The notes under the pieces were generated by a model. The model searched no databases, had not been told where the DNA came from, and saw only the letters and a program-made list of their open reading frames with translations. This document shows, one piece after another, positions 27,101 to 38,448 of a DNA stretch of 64,000 nucleotides. Origin of the DNA: Azolla caroliniana (Eukaryota > Plantae > Polypodiophyta); contig JBHGNT010000022.1 in the NCBI GenBank assembly GCA_043228905.1, forward strand, positions 620,001 through 684,000. The letters run 5' to 3'. The number at the start of each line of letters is the position of its first letter. Position 1 is the first letter of the stretch. A program made the position numbers and the translations under genes.

Positions 27101-30100
27101 TTCAGTATACAGGAAGGTTGTCCAAAAACATCTGATAACCCTTTGGTATTGATAAAAAATTAGTCACCTTCCAAAAATCTTACTCCGGCAACCCTCATCG
27201 TGAATTAAAATGCAGTGGAGTATACGCAATGCACTTTCCAAGGTTTGGGTCTGCAAACCAACGTTGTGAAACAATGAATCTAAAAATAAATGTACAGTAA
27301 GGGCTAATATAAACAAACTACCAACGCCTTTACAAACAAATTAACGATCCAATTAACAGTAAAGACTGAATTTACTCACATTCCCAAACTCACATAATTC
27401 CAACAATGCCACAAACAAGCTCCACGGTGAAAGAAACCCATTTGCCATCTTCAAGAAATGGACATGAATTAGAGAAATGAGCATGATTTAAAACTCCAAC
27501 ACTTTTTCCTGCAATGTTGCTCATTTATAGATCGCACCAGCAATGTCATTTTAATGAGTACTATATTTCATTTCTACTTTTTCTTTTCTGAAGTTGGAAC
27601 CAATGCCACAAACAACAGGTGAAGAGAACACATAGACTATGATCCCATTACCAATAAAGACAAGATAATTGATCATCCAAACTTCCATAAGTCTGAAAAC
27701 AATAACAGAAAAAAGAGATAAAAATCTGATCAGGCAGCTTAATGTAAAAATAATTTTGCTTTTCACATGCTGACATAGCCCATTTGAACCTCTGTATAGA
27801 AGTAGCATTGGATTCATATGATTACATTCCAGAATTTGTCACACTGTAGATTTGCAATTATATTTCTTCGACTTACAGACTTGGCCCATATATTTATGAT
27901 AAGAGCTTTCAAATGTTATATTGGATTCTTCACAGAAATATATGAGCTATATCATTGAGAGCATGCACATGATCATGATACTTTTAAAAAAAAACAAGAG
28001 ACAAAGGATCATTCCAAGGAACTACAAAGACACACTTCAAAGTTGAAAACCTTCACTAGTACATTTTAAGACAGCCGAAAAAACTATGGCAGATTCAAAT
28101 TCTCTTTTCCCCTGTAATAGATAGGAGCAGACCTTCACAAGAATAGACTGCAAGTCCAGTTCTCCAGGAATACCATGATTTCCCTCTCTGCCTCCTATAA
28201 ATGTATATAGAAAACATATAAGCAGAAAGTGAGAGCCTGAAATCAGAGATTCAAAGAAAATAGAAACATGTCCTAAGCATCAGAGGAAATGGCAGTAAAG
28301 AGAAACATTAATGCTAGAATAGCAGTTAGAATAGCAACCTTCAACTTTGACTCCCCGTTATTACCTGATGAATCACTTTGTCTCATATCTGAGCTTTTCT
28401 TCAAGGTTCTATTATTCAGAGGCATTCCAGTGTCTCTGGAGTCCTCTGTGCCCTTAGATAAAAGTACTTGAATGTCTCCTTGGCAAACTGTAAAAAGCTT
28501 TGATATAAGCCCTATACCATCTCCTTTCAGACTCTTACAATGCCATATCTTCAAGAGCTTCTCTGGATCCACATATCTACAAGGCCTATCTTCCACACCT
28601 CTACTTTCTTCCTTTTCTTCCCTTCTCAATTTTGAGGATTTCGGAACTACTCCTTGCTGTGAATCGTCATAATTAGGAAAATTTGTGGGTTTTTAACAAG
28701 AAACTACTTAATATAAATGTATAGGACAATTAGCTTTTACTTGGAAACAATATAGATACTAATATAACATAATTTTTTGCATGAACCTGCATTTGTCTGC
28801 CAGCAATCTTAGCATCTTTCTGAGATGACGACAAACAACCTGCAATTAATCCATGATCCAATCACATGTTTTACTCAAAAAAGACAAATTCATTACAATT
28901 TTCTGAGAAACAAAGTATAAATGTATTCATCAATGGGCATACAGGTTGTATGCCATCTGAAAGACATTTCCAAAGTTCAAATCCCACCTTACAAACAATG
29001 ATAATATACAAATCCAGTTATCAAGAGAACTTGCCATTATCACTGGTTCTCACTTTGAGCTCCTCTATTGTAGATAGTTCCACTCTTTCCGAATGAATAG
29101 TTCGTGACTGAATGGTTGGCGAACCATCAAATTTGGATGCACCTGATCCTGAAAGTTTCCACGGAGGATACCAGGCATCTTCCCCTTGACTATTTTGTGC
29201 ACTGGATATACTAGTCTTTACTCTCTCTTCTTCTCTGCACATAAATTTAGGTGATCAGATGATGACAAACTGAGAGATACTTAATTATTGAGAAGAGAGT
29301 GCCTGACAGATCTTATCAATTCTCAGATACAAGAAATAATACTAGCATAACCACATGGAAGGGACTTTTGTGTAAGTACCTCCGAGTAGCTCTCTTTTTT
29401 TGAAATTTCCATAAAGAAATTTATAGTACAAAGAAGACTCATTACTTGAAACCTTCATACCTTTTGGCAGGGAGATTGTGCTCATCAAATTGTTTTCTCA
29501 GGTTCTGGACTTCAGATTTAACTTTTTTAAGCTCTTCGGTCTTTTCTGCCCATGCTCTTTTCGTCTCGAGAATTTCTTGGTCCTACATTATGGGCATTTG
29601 AGAGTGAACATTTCGTGAGACTTCAAAAACAAAGAATTATGAATCTCTCCCTATCCCTATCCCTCAAGGGAAAGGAATCAAGATTCAAACCTTGAATAAG
29701 ATTTGCTCCCGTAATCGTTCTAACTCCTGCATTTCATTCATATGATTCTCAGCCTGGAAATTTTCATCTAAACCTATATTAAATAAAATATTGCTGGTGA
29801 TAAACCACACCAAACCTGATCGGTATTTGATGATGAAATCACTATTGGCCGTAGTGCTTTTTTTCGTAGTTCATCCACTTCTTTTTCTGCCTAACGAGGA
29901 CCACATGAGAAGTTATTTATACTCAAAACTACTTACATACAAAAGGAAATTTTGAGCCACGTTTTCAAAAAGAAAGATGCCAAATTTCTTTTCCACATGG
30001 AGCATTGCCCATTGAATAGATAGCTAATTCATGGGTACTTGAATCAAATCTAATGACACAGTTTTTGCTTGGGTCGTTGCCAATTGAATAGATAGCTAAT

Positions 30101-31946
30101 CCATGGGTACTTGAATCAAACCTAATGACACAGTTTTTGTTTGGGCCATTGCCAATTGAATAGATAGCTAATCCATGGGTACTTGAATCAATCCTAATGA
30201 CACAGTTTTTGTTTGGGCCGGCCATTGCCAATTGAATAGATAGCTAATCCATGGGTACTTGAATCAAACCTAATGACACAGTTTTTGCTTCGGCCATTGC
30301 CAATTGAATAGATAGCTAATCCATGGGTACTTGAATCAAACATAATGACACAGTTTTTGCTTGGGCCATGCATGTCCAGGGACACCGCTACTATACTTCA
30401 CAAGAAAAAATTCAACTATATCTTATAAAACTGAAATCATCTAAGCTTACAAATTAAATGTAATATATAAGTGAATAATATAATCTGGACTAGAATTTAG
30501 ATGCTAGATTGCAAAGGCATCCCTGCTCTTTAACCAGCATTTAAACTTGACATTGCTAGCAATCCGACAAAATTTTATAAGAAGTTCATTGATAAACAGC
30601 AATGCCACTTCAAAAAAGAGATCAAATGATGAAGACGAACATCACCAGATAAGCTGTTTTAGACTTACCTAATGAACTAAGCCACGTATTATCACTTCCT
30701 AGAGTCCTGCTTGTTAGCCATCATATTCGTTGTTTCCGATGTGCGTGTACAGGTGAGTGCATTCAATAATAACATTGTGCCTGAGAAGCCTTACAACGTT
30801 TATAAGAGAAAATTATTGGCTGTAATTCACTCTTTCCAGCCAGAGATGTTATCTTCTAGGTGCTGATTTATTATCACAGTAAGAATTATTTTCTCATGCA
30901 CAAAATTGTGTGAAAAGCATGTATGGTGGCAAATTTATTATCCATGTTCCATTTTTCAAATTGTGCATGTTGCAGGAAAAGAGAATATGGTAGCTGATTG
31001 CAGACCGTCACGAAAACCACCAGGTGTCAGCAGTGTCTATAACCAATCATTATAAGGCAGATAAAACAAAGGAATAATTTGTTGAGGATGATTATTTTGC
31101 AAGGACACATGATCCGCAAATCAATGGGCAGCACCACGAGCATTGTAATCTGGAAAATTGGTTTCCTATGAATCATTGAATACTAAGCATAGGAAAGCAG
31201 TTAAGGCCAAAAGTTTCAGTTGAAAGTTATGCTCCATTTCATTGGATGTATCGTAGAGTTGACACCCCATGCAGTGAGATATTCGAAATATTCCTAGAAA
31301 CATGCATGATTTGTAGATGCGAAGCTAAAAAAGGATTGACCACAGTAAACATAGGTAAGAACTCTATTTCTTACATCCTGAGATTACGAACAGGAAATGG
31401 TGGGATATGGAATTTTATATGTAAGCGAACATTGCTAAATTATTATTTACACCTACAATACCCATGAAACGAGACTTCAGAACTTAATGCCAACTTTTGA
31501 TCACTGACTTTAATTCTCTAATGATAAGTCACATTTAAATATTCAGAAAATGGGAATTTCACCAAGGATTAAATGCTAAACTGAGTCAATAAAAGAAAGG
31601 AATTCGAAAAAAAAAACGTAGAAAAACATGTTCAAACCTCGAGTACTCGTTGTCGAAGCTCAGAAACGATATATTTCTGCTCTTCTTCTTCTTCTTCTTC
31701 TTCATGAAGGTGAGAAAGACGATTATGATGATGATGATGATGATGATGATGACCTCCATATTGATTCTTTGTTTTGAGAGGCATAGCAGGTTCTTTTACC
31801 TGATGCTTAACAAGGAAAGGCAAAGGAGGCTGAGAGAAAGGAATAGCTTGGCTTCCTCCTCGGCGAGCAGCTATGGCTTCTTCCTCCTGCCGAACCAGAT
31901 TGTCGATCAAGTCGAGGTCCCATTCCTCATCCTCCTCGAAATTCAT
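24147..31946 (-). CDS. SUV2: ATR-interacting protein (ATRIP / SENSITIVE TO UV 2)-like multi-exon gene
   Basis: Acidic N-terminus MNFEEDEEWDLDLIDNLVRQEEEAI (exon 1, 31946-31638, GT donor); coiled-coil exons AENHMNEMQELERLREQILFK (~29753-29691) and DQEILETKRAWAEKTEELKKVKSEVQNLRKQ (~29582-29460); EKLLKIW..LISKLFTVC; LQRNVLRVLTFIATSGKQG; last exon EALTLICRLAS..LTTNKTVTRFSITVVNRL..IELSRGLRRRI resembles the SUV2 C-terminus as recalled; internal exon boundaries not all resolved. Confidence 0.82.
30003..30368. repeat. Intronic minisatellite, five copies of a 72-bp unit
   Basis: CCATTGCCAATTGAATAGATAGCTAATCCATGGGTACTTGAATCAAACCTAATGACACAGTTTTTG repeated with period 72 (one unit slightly longer). Confidence 0.93.
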
Positions 31947-32144
31947 TTCTCCTGTTCCTCCTGAATCCTGAATCCTTCTTCTTCTCCTGCTTTCTGTCTT
32001 CCTCTTCCTTAATCCTGCCCCTTCTCCTGCTCCTTCCTCTTTCTTCTTTCCTTCTGCTGCTCCAAATGCTTTCCACAGTCTGCAGTTCCTTATTTATATG
32101 TAATGGATTCTGCAAAATTACAGAGCTTACCCATCAAATATTTC

Positions 32145-32400
32145 GGCTTAACCGGTTTGGCCTTCTCCAAACCAAATTGGTTAAGCCTTAACCGGTTTGG
32201 GAGCTCCCAAACTTGAGCCGAACAAGTTCCTAAACTGGTCAAGGCTAACCAGCTTGGCCAAGCCGATTAAGTCTTTCACCGGTTTGGCCCAAATAAGTTC
32301 GGTTCGGTTCGGCTTGAGCCATCCCAAACCGAAGCTCAAACCTAAACCGAACCACCAAACCGTTTAAAAACAATTTAATAGTTCGGTTCAAGCTTGCGCC
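32145..32400. repeat. AACCG/CGGTT-rich element (MITE or hAT subterminal-repeat-like) upstream of SUV2
   Basis: Multiple AACCGGTTTGG, GGTTCGGTTCGG and AACCGAACC motifs in both orientations; no TIR or TSD resolved. Confidence 0.45.
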
Positions 32401-34539
32401 AAGCCATTGTCGATTCCTAGCTCCAAGCACTCATCTCCCAAGCATCAATCATATTGCCCCGATTCTTCTTCTCGATCACCCGACACAACCCGTTAGCTAA
32501 CTAGCTAACCCACCAACCTGAATTGCTCCTTGTCCAAAAGGAACTCGCCTTGCCGATAGCACACTCCATATACTTGATAGTGACATGCTTGACGGTGGTC
32601 ATCGTTATTGAGTAATCTGCTCGCTCCGAGGTCAATGACTATTGTTTACGGTGAGGTCGCTCCAGTGTCAGACAATCGTGATAGCTCAAGCACGGCAAAT
32701 GGTGTGACCTGTAGGTGTGGAGCAAACCAATCTTCGTGGTCACCAATGTCCAGCAAAGGACCGGCTTCGAGGTGGCAACAAAATTTGTGCAGTATGGAGA
32801 CTTCTTAATTCAACCCGCGAGGAACAATACAAAAGGGGAGAGTTAACATCAATAGAACATAATTGGTTAAGAAGAATGATGATTGCAACAAATGAGACCT
32901 ATGATCAACTTCACTCTTAATTAGGTGAAAGGTGCTACATTTATCACTCTTAAGATTTTGTTTAAGGCACTCTCTCTAATTACATTTTTGCTTAGACTTT
33001 TAAGAGGTTGGTGATGATGGGGTTGAGATCGTTCCTCAATCACCTATCTTCTAGCAATATTGTATTAAATGCACACCCAACATTCATTCTATTTACGTTC
33101 CTTGGAGCTTAAAAAGGTCGATTAGGGTTGTTGTCCTTAATAGCATTATATTTGACCTATTATTACATTATTCTTAGTATATCTATCCACTCCGAGTTAT
33201 AGGTGCTTGGCCCACAATATATTTTGTAGTATGTTTGTTGAACAAGTAAGATCTAAATTGCATGTGTGATTGTGTCATCTCCATAAATGAACTGAAACAA
33301 GACAAAAGTTGTTGTGTTGTTTGCATCCCTCAATGAGTTATGGAATGTGGCATTTGACAGGTGTATTTTGCTCCTTTAGACAAATTGGATCAATAAGGGA
33401 GTTTGTGTGATATTGTCCTCTAGGGTTTCCTGAATGAGTGGCTCTAACTCAAGTATCACTCAAGTATCATCTATGACATCGAGAATGTTTTGAGTTTCGG
33501 CCAACATGGGCACAAAAAAGTTCGATGTATCTAGCATTGAGCTTGATTTTGATATTGGCTACCTTCTCTAGGTCCAAGAAGTACAAACCTTCTTGGTTTT
33601 CCTAGACAACATGGAGAGGGTACAATTCCATGACATTGAGTGGTTGAGACGACATTGTCCACATAAACTCTTTGTATCAATCTGAAGCATTGACCTCATC
33701 ATCTATTGCTTTCAACTCCCAACCACCCATTGTTCGTTGTCGTTAGTCGTTAGTCGTCACACTATGTTGTGTTGTCATCATCTTTGCAATCACTCCTCGC
33801 CACTATCGATGAAGTTGTCGTATTACCACCACTTAAACAAACAAACAAATAAAAACATATAAAGAAACCTACCCACATGAAGGTAAAATATTTTTTCCCT
33901 AAATACCCCTCCCCTACCTAACAACGTTTTAAACCTACATATATTAAGTTCACACATTTTCCTAAGCCAAATAACCCACTCGCACCATCAATCTTTGCAC
34001 ATATAAACCCATACATATATATACATACTTTTTTATACATATATATAACATCTATTGCACTCAATTATAAGTGCGCAAATACATTGCACGCACCTACACC
34101 TATCATGCGCACACAAACACACACCATATACATTCACAAACATATGTTTTTGTTTCCATTAGAACCTATATGTTAACATAAACCTACATATATTTTCACA
34201 TACATATTACCTATACATTTAACATACATATATAAGTCCATCATAAAATTAAACCTCACATACACACACACATAAAAATGTATATACAATTTGATTGCAT
34301 TAAATAAGAGTATATGAGCACAAATTAACCCAAAAAGGATCCATCCACACAACAACACTAATAAGTGGACAAACTCCCCCCCCCCCCCCCCAAAACCAAA
34401 GTCAAGTGTAGAAGTTGACCCCAACAACACTCTATCATTGACGCATAGGTGTTCCCATCCTCTCTAGTAAAGTCCCTAGTTGTCCCACTCTAGTTTCACA
34501 CACACACACACACATGTGTATATTTTTGTGACATCTTTG

Positions 34540-34980
34540 GTGAACCTAATATGAGACAAGCAACAAGGGAGGATGGTCAGTGCATAGAGTGAAGTTTTTG
34601 CTCGGATGATGACTATGATGATGAACCACATGCTTCGCAAGAGAGACGACATGGTGAACCTTGACAAGGCCATTGAGAAGATTGTGGATATGAATGGTCA
34701 CTTTGACGGGAAAGATGTGTCATGATATATAGAAGTTTACACAATGGAAATGCAAATAAGGGACATACCCAAAGCGAGACAACCATTGAGCTTCACAAGG
34801 TAGCGTCATTAACTTCCATCCCTGAATCCTCGAGATACAAATAACAAGCCCGAATTGGGAATTTTTTGAGAGAACTATTCTAGGAAATTAGCCCCGATGA
34901 TTTGTCTCGAAAACAAAGAAGGATTTGATGGATTAGGTCAAATTCCCTAATAATTCATCAAGTGTTGGAGCCACACTTCA
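34540..34980 (+). mobile_element. Decayed gypsy gag remnant
   Basis: KAIEKIVDMNGHFDGKDVS*YIEVYTMEMQIR is gag-like; stops and frameshifts. Confidence 0.5.
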
Positions 34981-35229
34981 AGAGCTTTTCTTTTCCCTGA
35001 AAGATTTTCTTCAATAGTATTAAAAATGTCTAAAGGCTATGAGTTGAAGTTATCTGCCTAGAGGCTTGCAACGTAGAATAAAAGACATTGTAAGTACACC
35101 AAAACCTGTACATGCAAAAACAACATATAAAGGGGTGTTGAACCTTGATACGGTACATTACCATGTTGTACTGATATCCAAGAAAGGGTTCATGGAAGTC
35201 AATAGTTCCATTGAGACCCTTCATTTAAC

Positions 35230-35780
35230 ACTACAAAGAGGGGCAACTTCCTCCATAAGTAAAGAAGCTTCATCCTTCTCTTATGAACATTTTCTAGAGA
35301 ACCATACATATTATCATACTGCCCACGGACTATTGTGAGTAGTGTTTCCCATATCTCAAGCAATACATCTGAAAGACCAAGATTTGATGCCTCATAAAGT
35401 CGACTTCATCTACATTTCTATAATACCCATAACGTTACCCTAGTCACAATTTTCCAGACATAGACAGATCGCACCTGCTTTCGAGGTTGCGGAAACGAAC
35501 TAACTGATATCAATCTCCTATTGTATACCTTCATGGCCTCGTGAATATCGTCTGCCTCATACAACATCAAGCTAGAATGTAAAACTTCCCACACCATTGC
35601 TCCCCATGAGAACACGCAACCAACATTGATTGTTAGGAATAAAGAAAGAACTTTATTCCATACTTGTTGAGCCAAGGGACAAGAGTAGAGGCCATGCTTG
35701 GTAGTCTCCTAAGTTGCATAGCAAAAGCCACATTGCTTGAGATTAGTTGCTACATTCCCTTTCAATGACTAGCCACTTTA
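35230..35780 (-). mobile_element. Decayed LINE ORF2 3' fragment
   Basis: CGFCYAT*ETTKHGLYSCPLAQQVW is a CCHC zf-RVT-like motif, followed by VFSWGAMVW...VWKIVTRVTLWVL. Confidence 0.7.
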
Positions 35781-35789
35781 GCAACAGGA

Positions 35790-36470
35790 GTCGGCGATTC
35801 GGAAGCCTTTTCGGCAATTGAGTCAGGATTGGACAACGACGAGCGGAGCGTCCACTCGAATTATAGATCTAGTCACGATACTCCGGAATAACCGGAGGAA
35901 GATGGGACCGAGCACACACCAACACCAGAGTCGGAAACTATGACACCAACACCTCTGGTAGAACAAGTAATTTCGATCCAACACCACCACCAGAGGAAGA
36001 CAATCGAGTGTTGACACAACTGGCACAAGAAATCATACCGACAACAGAACGTGCCGAAGAAGACGATAACATGTTGTACCTGTATCCAAAGTACCAGGAT
36101 GAGCCAGACGCGGAGGCACACCTCCGCACATTGAGATAAAAAATTGTTGAGTTTGGGCTATTGTTGGAAGGACCAGTTGCAAGACGGCACACACAACATA
36201 CCCCAGGGAGTTTCACCACATTCCAAGACCTTCGGGATAAATTCCTGCGGTTGTTCTATCGGTAGATGGTGCAAAAAGAGTTAGTCGAAAGGTTTTATAC
36301 TATCTACCAAGAAGCAATGAAACAATACCACAATTTATTATCCGATTTCAGAATCTTCACAACCAATTGACGTGAGCGCCTTCGGAAGATGAAGTAATGC
36401 AATATTTCTAGCACCTCTCTGAGAGCCACTCCGGACCATGTTGGCAGTGTTGGTTTTTCGAACAAGTACA
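35790..36470 (+). mobile_element. Old degenerate gag of the A/B gypsy family, cut by the copia insertion
   Basis: EAFSAIES...SVHSNYRS, YPKYQDEPDAEAH, EFGLLLEGPVARR, QFIIRFQ, LREPLRT align with gag of elements A and B. Confidence 0.8.
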
Positions 36471-37960
36471 TGTTGAGTTTCACTCTCTTGTTTATTCATG
36501 AGAAATACCTAAAACAAAGAAAACAACAAAATAGTACACAGTTTTTAAGTGGAAACCCTAAAAGGGGGAAAAACCACGGGAGAACATGTCTTCACTATAC
36601 AGTGGATATACAAGACGATGAGATTACAACACTCTCTCTTGGAAGAGTGTAACAACCCCACATGGCTCTTGATGTCTAAGATCACGCAACTATTGCATCG
36701 TTCCCTCTCACTCTCACTCTCACTCTCTCTTCTCTATCGCTAACTCAACAGAGGATCGCAACTAATCTGTTCTACACTACACTACTTGTTTGCCCTAAAT
36801 GTATTTATACTTATACACTATATGAACTATTTACAAATATAGACACTACTATTGTCATTCCTATTATAACAATAATAGTTAATCAGTCGATTGATCGACT
36901 AGTTGACTATATAGTCGGCCCGACTAGTCGGCCTTATCTTCGACCATTCAGTTGGCCCGACTAGTTGGTCGTGTGTTCAACTTGGACTCTCCTACTGTCA
37001 ACCCCCTCAGTCGACTCTCGATGTCTTCGACTATCGGCACTCGGTCCGACCAGTCGGCAACACGCATAGGAGGGACATATTCCTAACAAATTCCCCCTTC
37101 ACTCCTATGGGTCGAGTCAGTTAGTCCTGTCCTCTGTCGATAGACTTTGAGTCTGTCCATCGGGAGGTTCTTTGTCAACATGTCAGATCCATTGTTGTCA
37201 GTATGGATCTTCACAAGGGTAAACTCTCCTTCCTCCATTTTCTCCCGCAACCAGTGATGCCTTCTCTATATGTGCTTGGTTCGGGAGTGGTACACGACAT
37301 TCTTTGCTAGATGTATGGCACTCTAGCTATCACAATGATGCAAAAACGTTGAGAAAATTTCTCATCCATATTAGCTCTTTGCCGGCCTCTACCGCTATCA
37401 TGTACTTTGCCTCTGTGGTTAACAATGCCACAGACTTCGGTAGTCGTGACTACCATGACATTGCTCCCCCTGCATAGGTCATCACGTACCCAGAAGTGGA
37501 TCGATTTGAGTCTGCATCCCCTGACATGTCTGAGTCGGTAAACCCCTCAAGCATGGGTTTTCCAACACCATACCTAAGGTACACACCCGAGGTGCCTTTT
37601 AAGTACTTGTGTATCCATTTAATAGCTACCCAATGTTCTTTGCATGGATTACTCATGTATCGGCTTATTGCTCCCACAACAAATGCTATGTCTGGTCTCG
37701 TGCAGACCATAGCATACATTAAACTGCCAATGGGCTGACAGATGAGGCGTACAATACTTTCTTCATCTCAACCTTTTCTTGGCATTCAGCTTGCAGTTGG
37801 TCAGCAACATAGAGCCGACTGGCTTAGCCTTTGACATGTTGAATCTTTCTAGGATCTTCATCACATATTTCTCTTGTGACACCCACAACACTTTCTTAGT
37901 TCTATCTCAAACTATGTGCATCCATAAGATCTACTTTGTCAGTCCAAGAACTTTCATGGC

Positions 37961-38394
37961 TGTTAACTCTTAGGGCCGGACAATGGCCTAACACAGGGTG
38001 TCTACGGGAGACACTTCACCAAAGGGTGTTACGGCAACCGGATTAGACTTCAATGCTTAATCCGACTTAATTAAGTTACTTATTAGGATCGTCTTTCATA
38101 ACACGCGTAAGATATAACAATTACGACAGAATGACAATTAACACAGAGAGATAACAACGCTTAAGCTTTCATTAATTAACCGCTAACTATTATATTGTAT
38201 TCGGGCCTTTAAATAGGTTTCCGGTCTGTATTACAAAACGGTGCCATCCGCACCTGTTCGGGATCGGTCCGGATCCGGAACGGCATACCGTTTCCGGTCC
38301 GTCCGTCCACACTCATAGCTTAATTACAACCACATTCCTACTACTTAAATAACTCTCCGTTTCCCACTCTGGACTCCTTTGCCGGCCGGTAACA
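37961..38394 (-). repeat. 3' LTR of element A
   Basis: TG...CA termini; direct repeat of 57327-57760. Confidence 0.96.
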
Positions 38395-38432
38395 CATGGC
38401 ACGCCTGTGGGACAGTACCTTGTACGTCGAAT
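38395..38432 (-). promoter_or_regulatory. tRNA-3'-end-like motif at the PPT position of element A
   Basis: Element-sense sequence TTCGACGTACAAGGTACTGTCCCACAGGCGTGCCA-TG-[LTR]. Confidence 0.8.
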
Positions 38433-38448
38433 CCACAACTGACCCTTG

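Noticed and set aside
30003-30368. Regularly spaced repeats suggesting a CRISPR array
   Set aside because: Head-to-tail units without unique spacers, in a eukaryotic intron.
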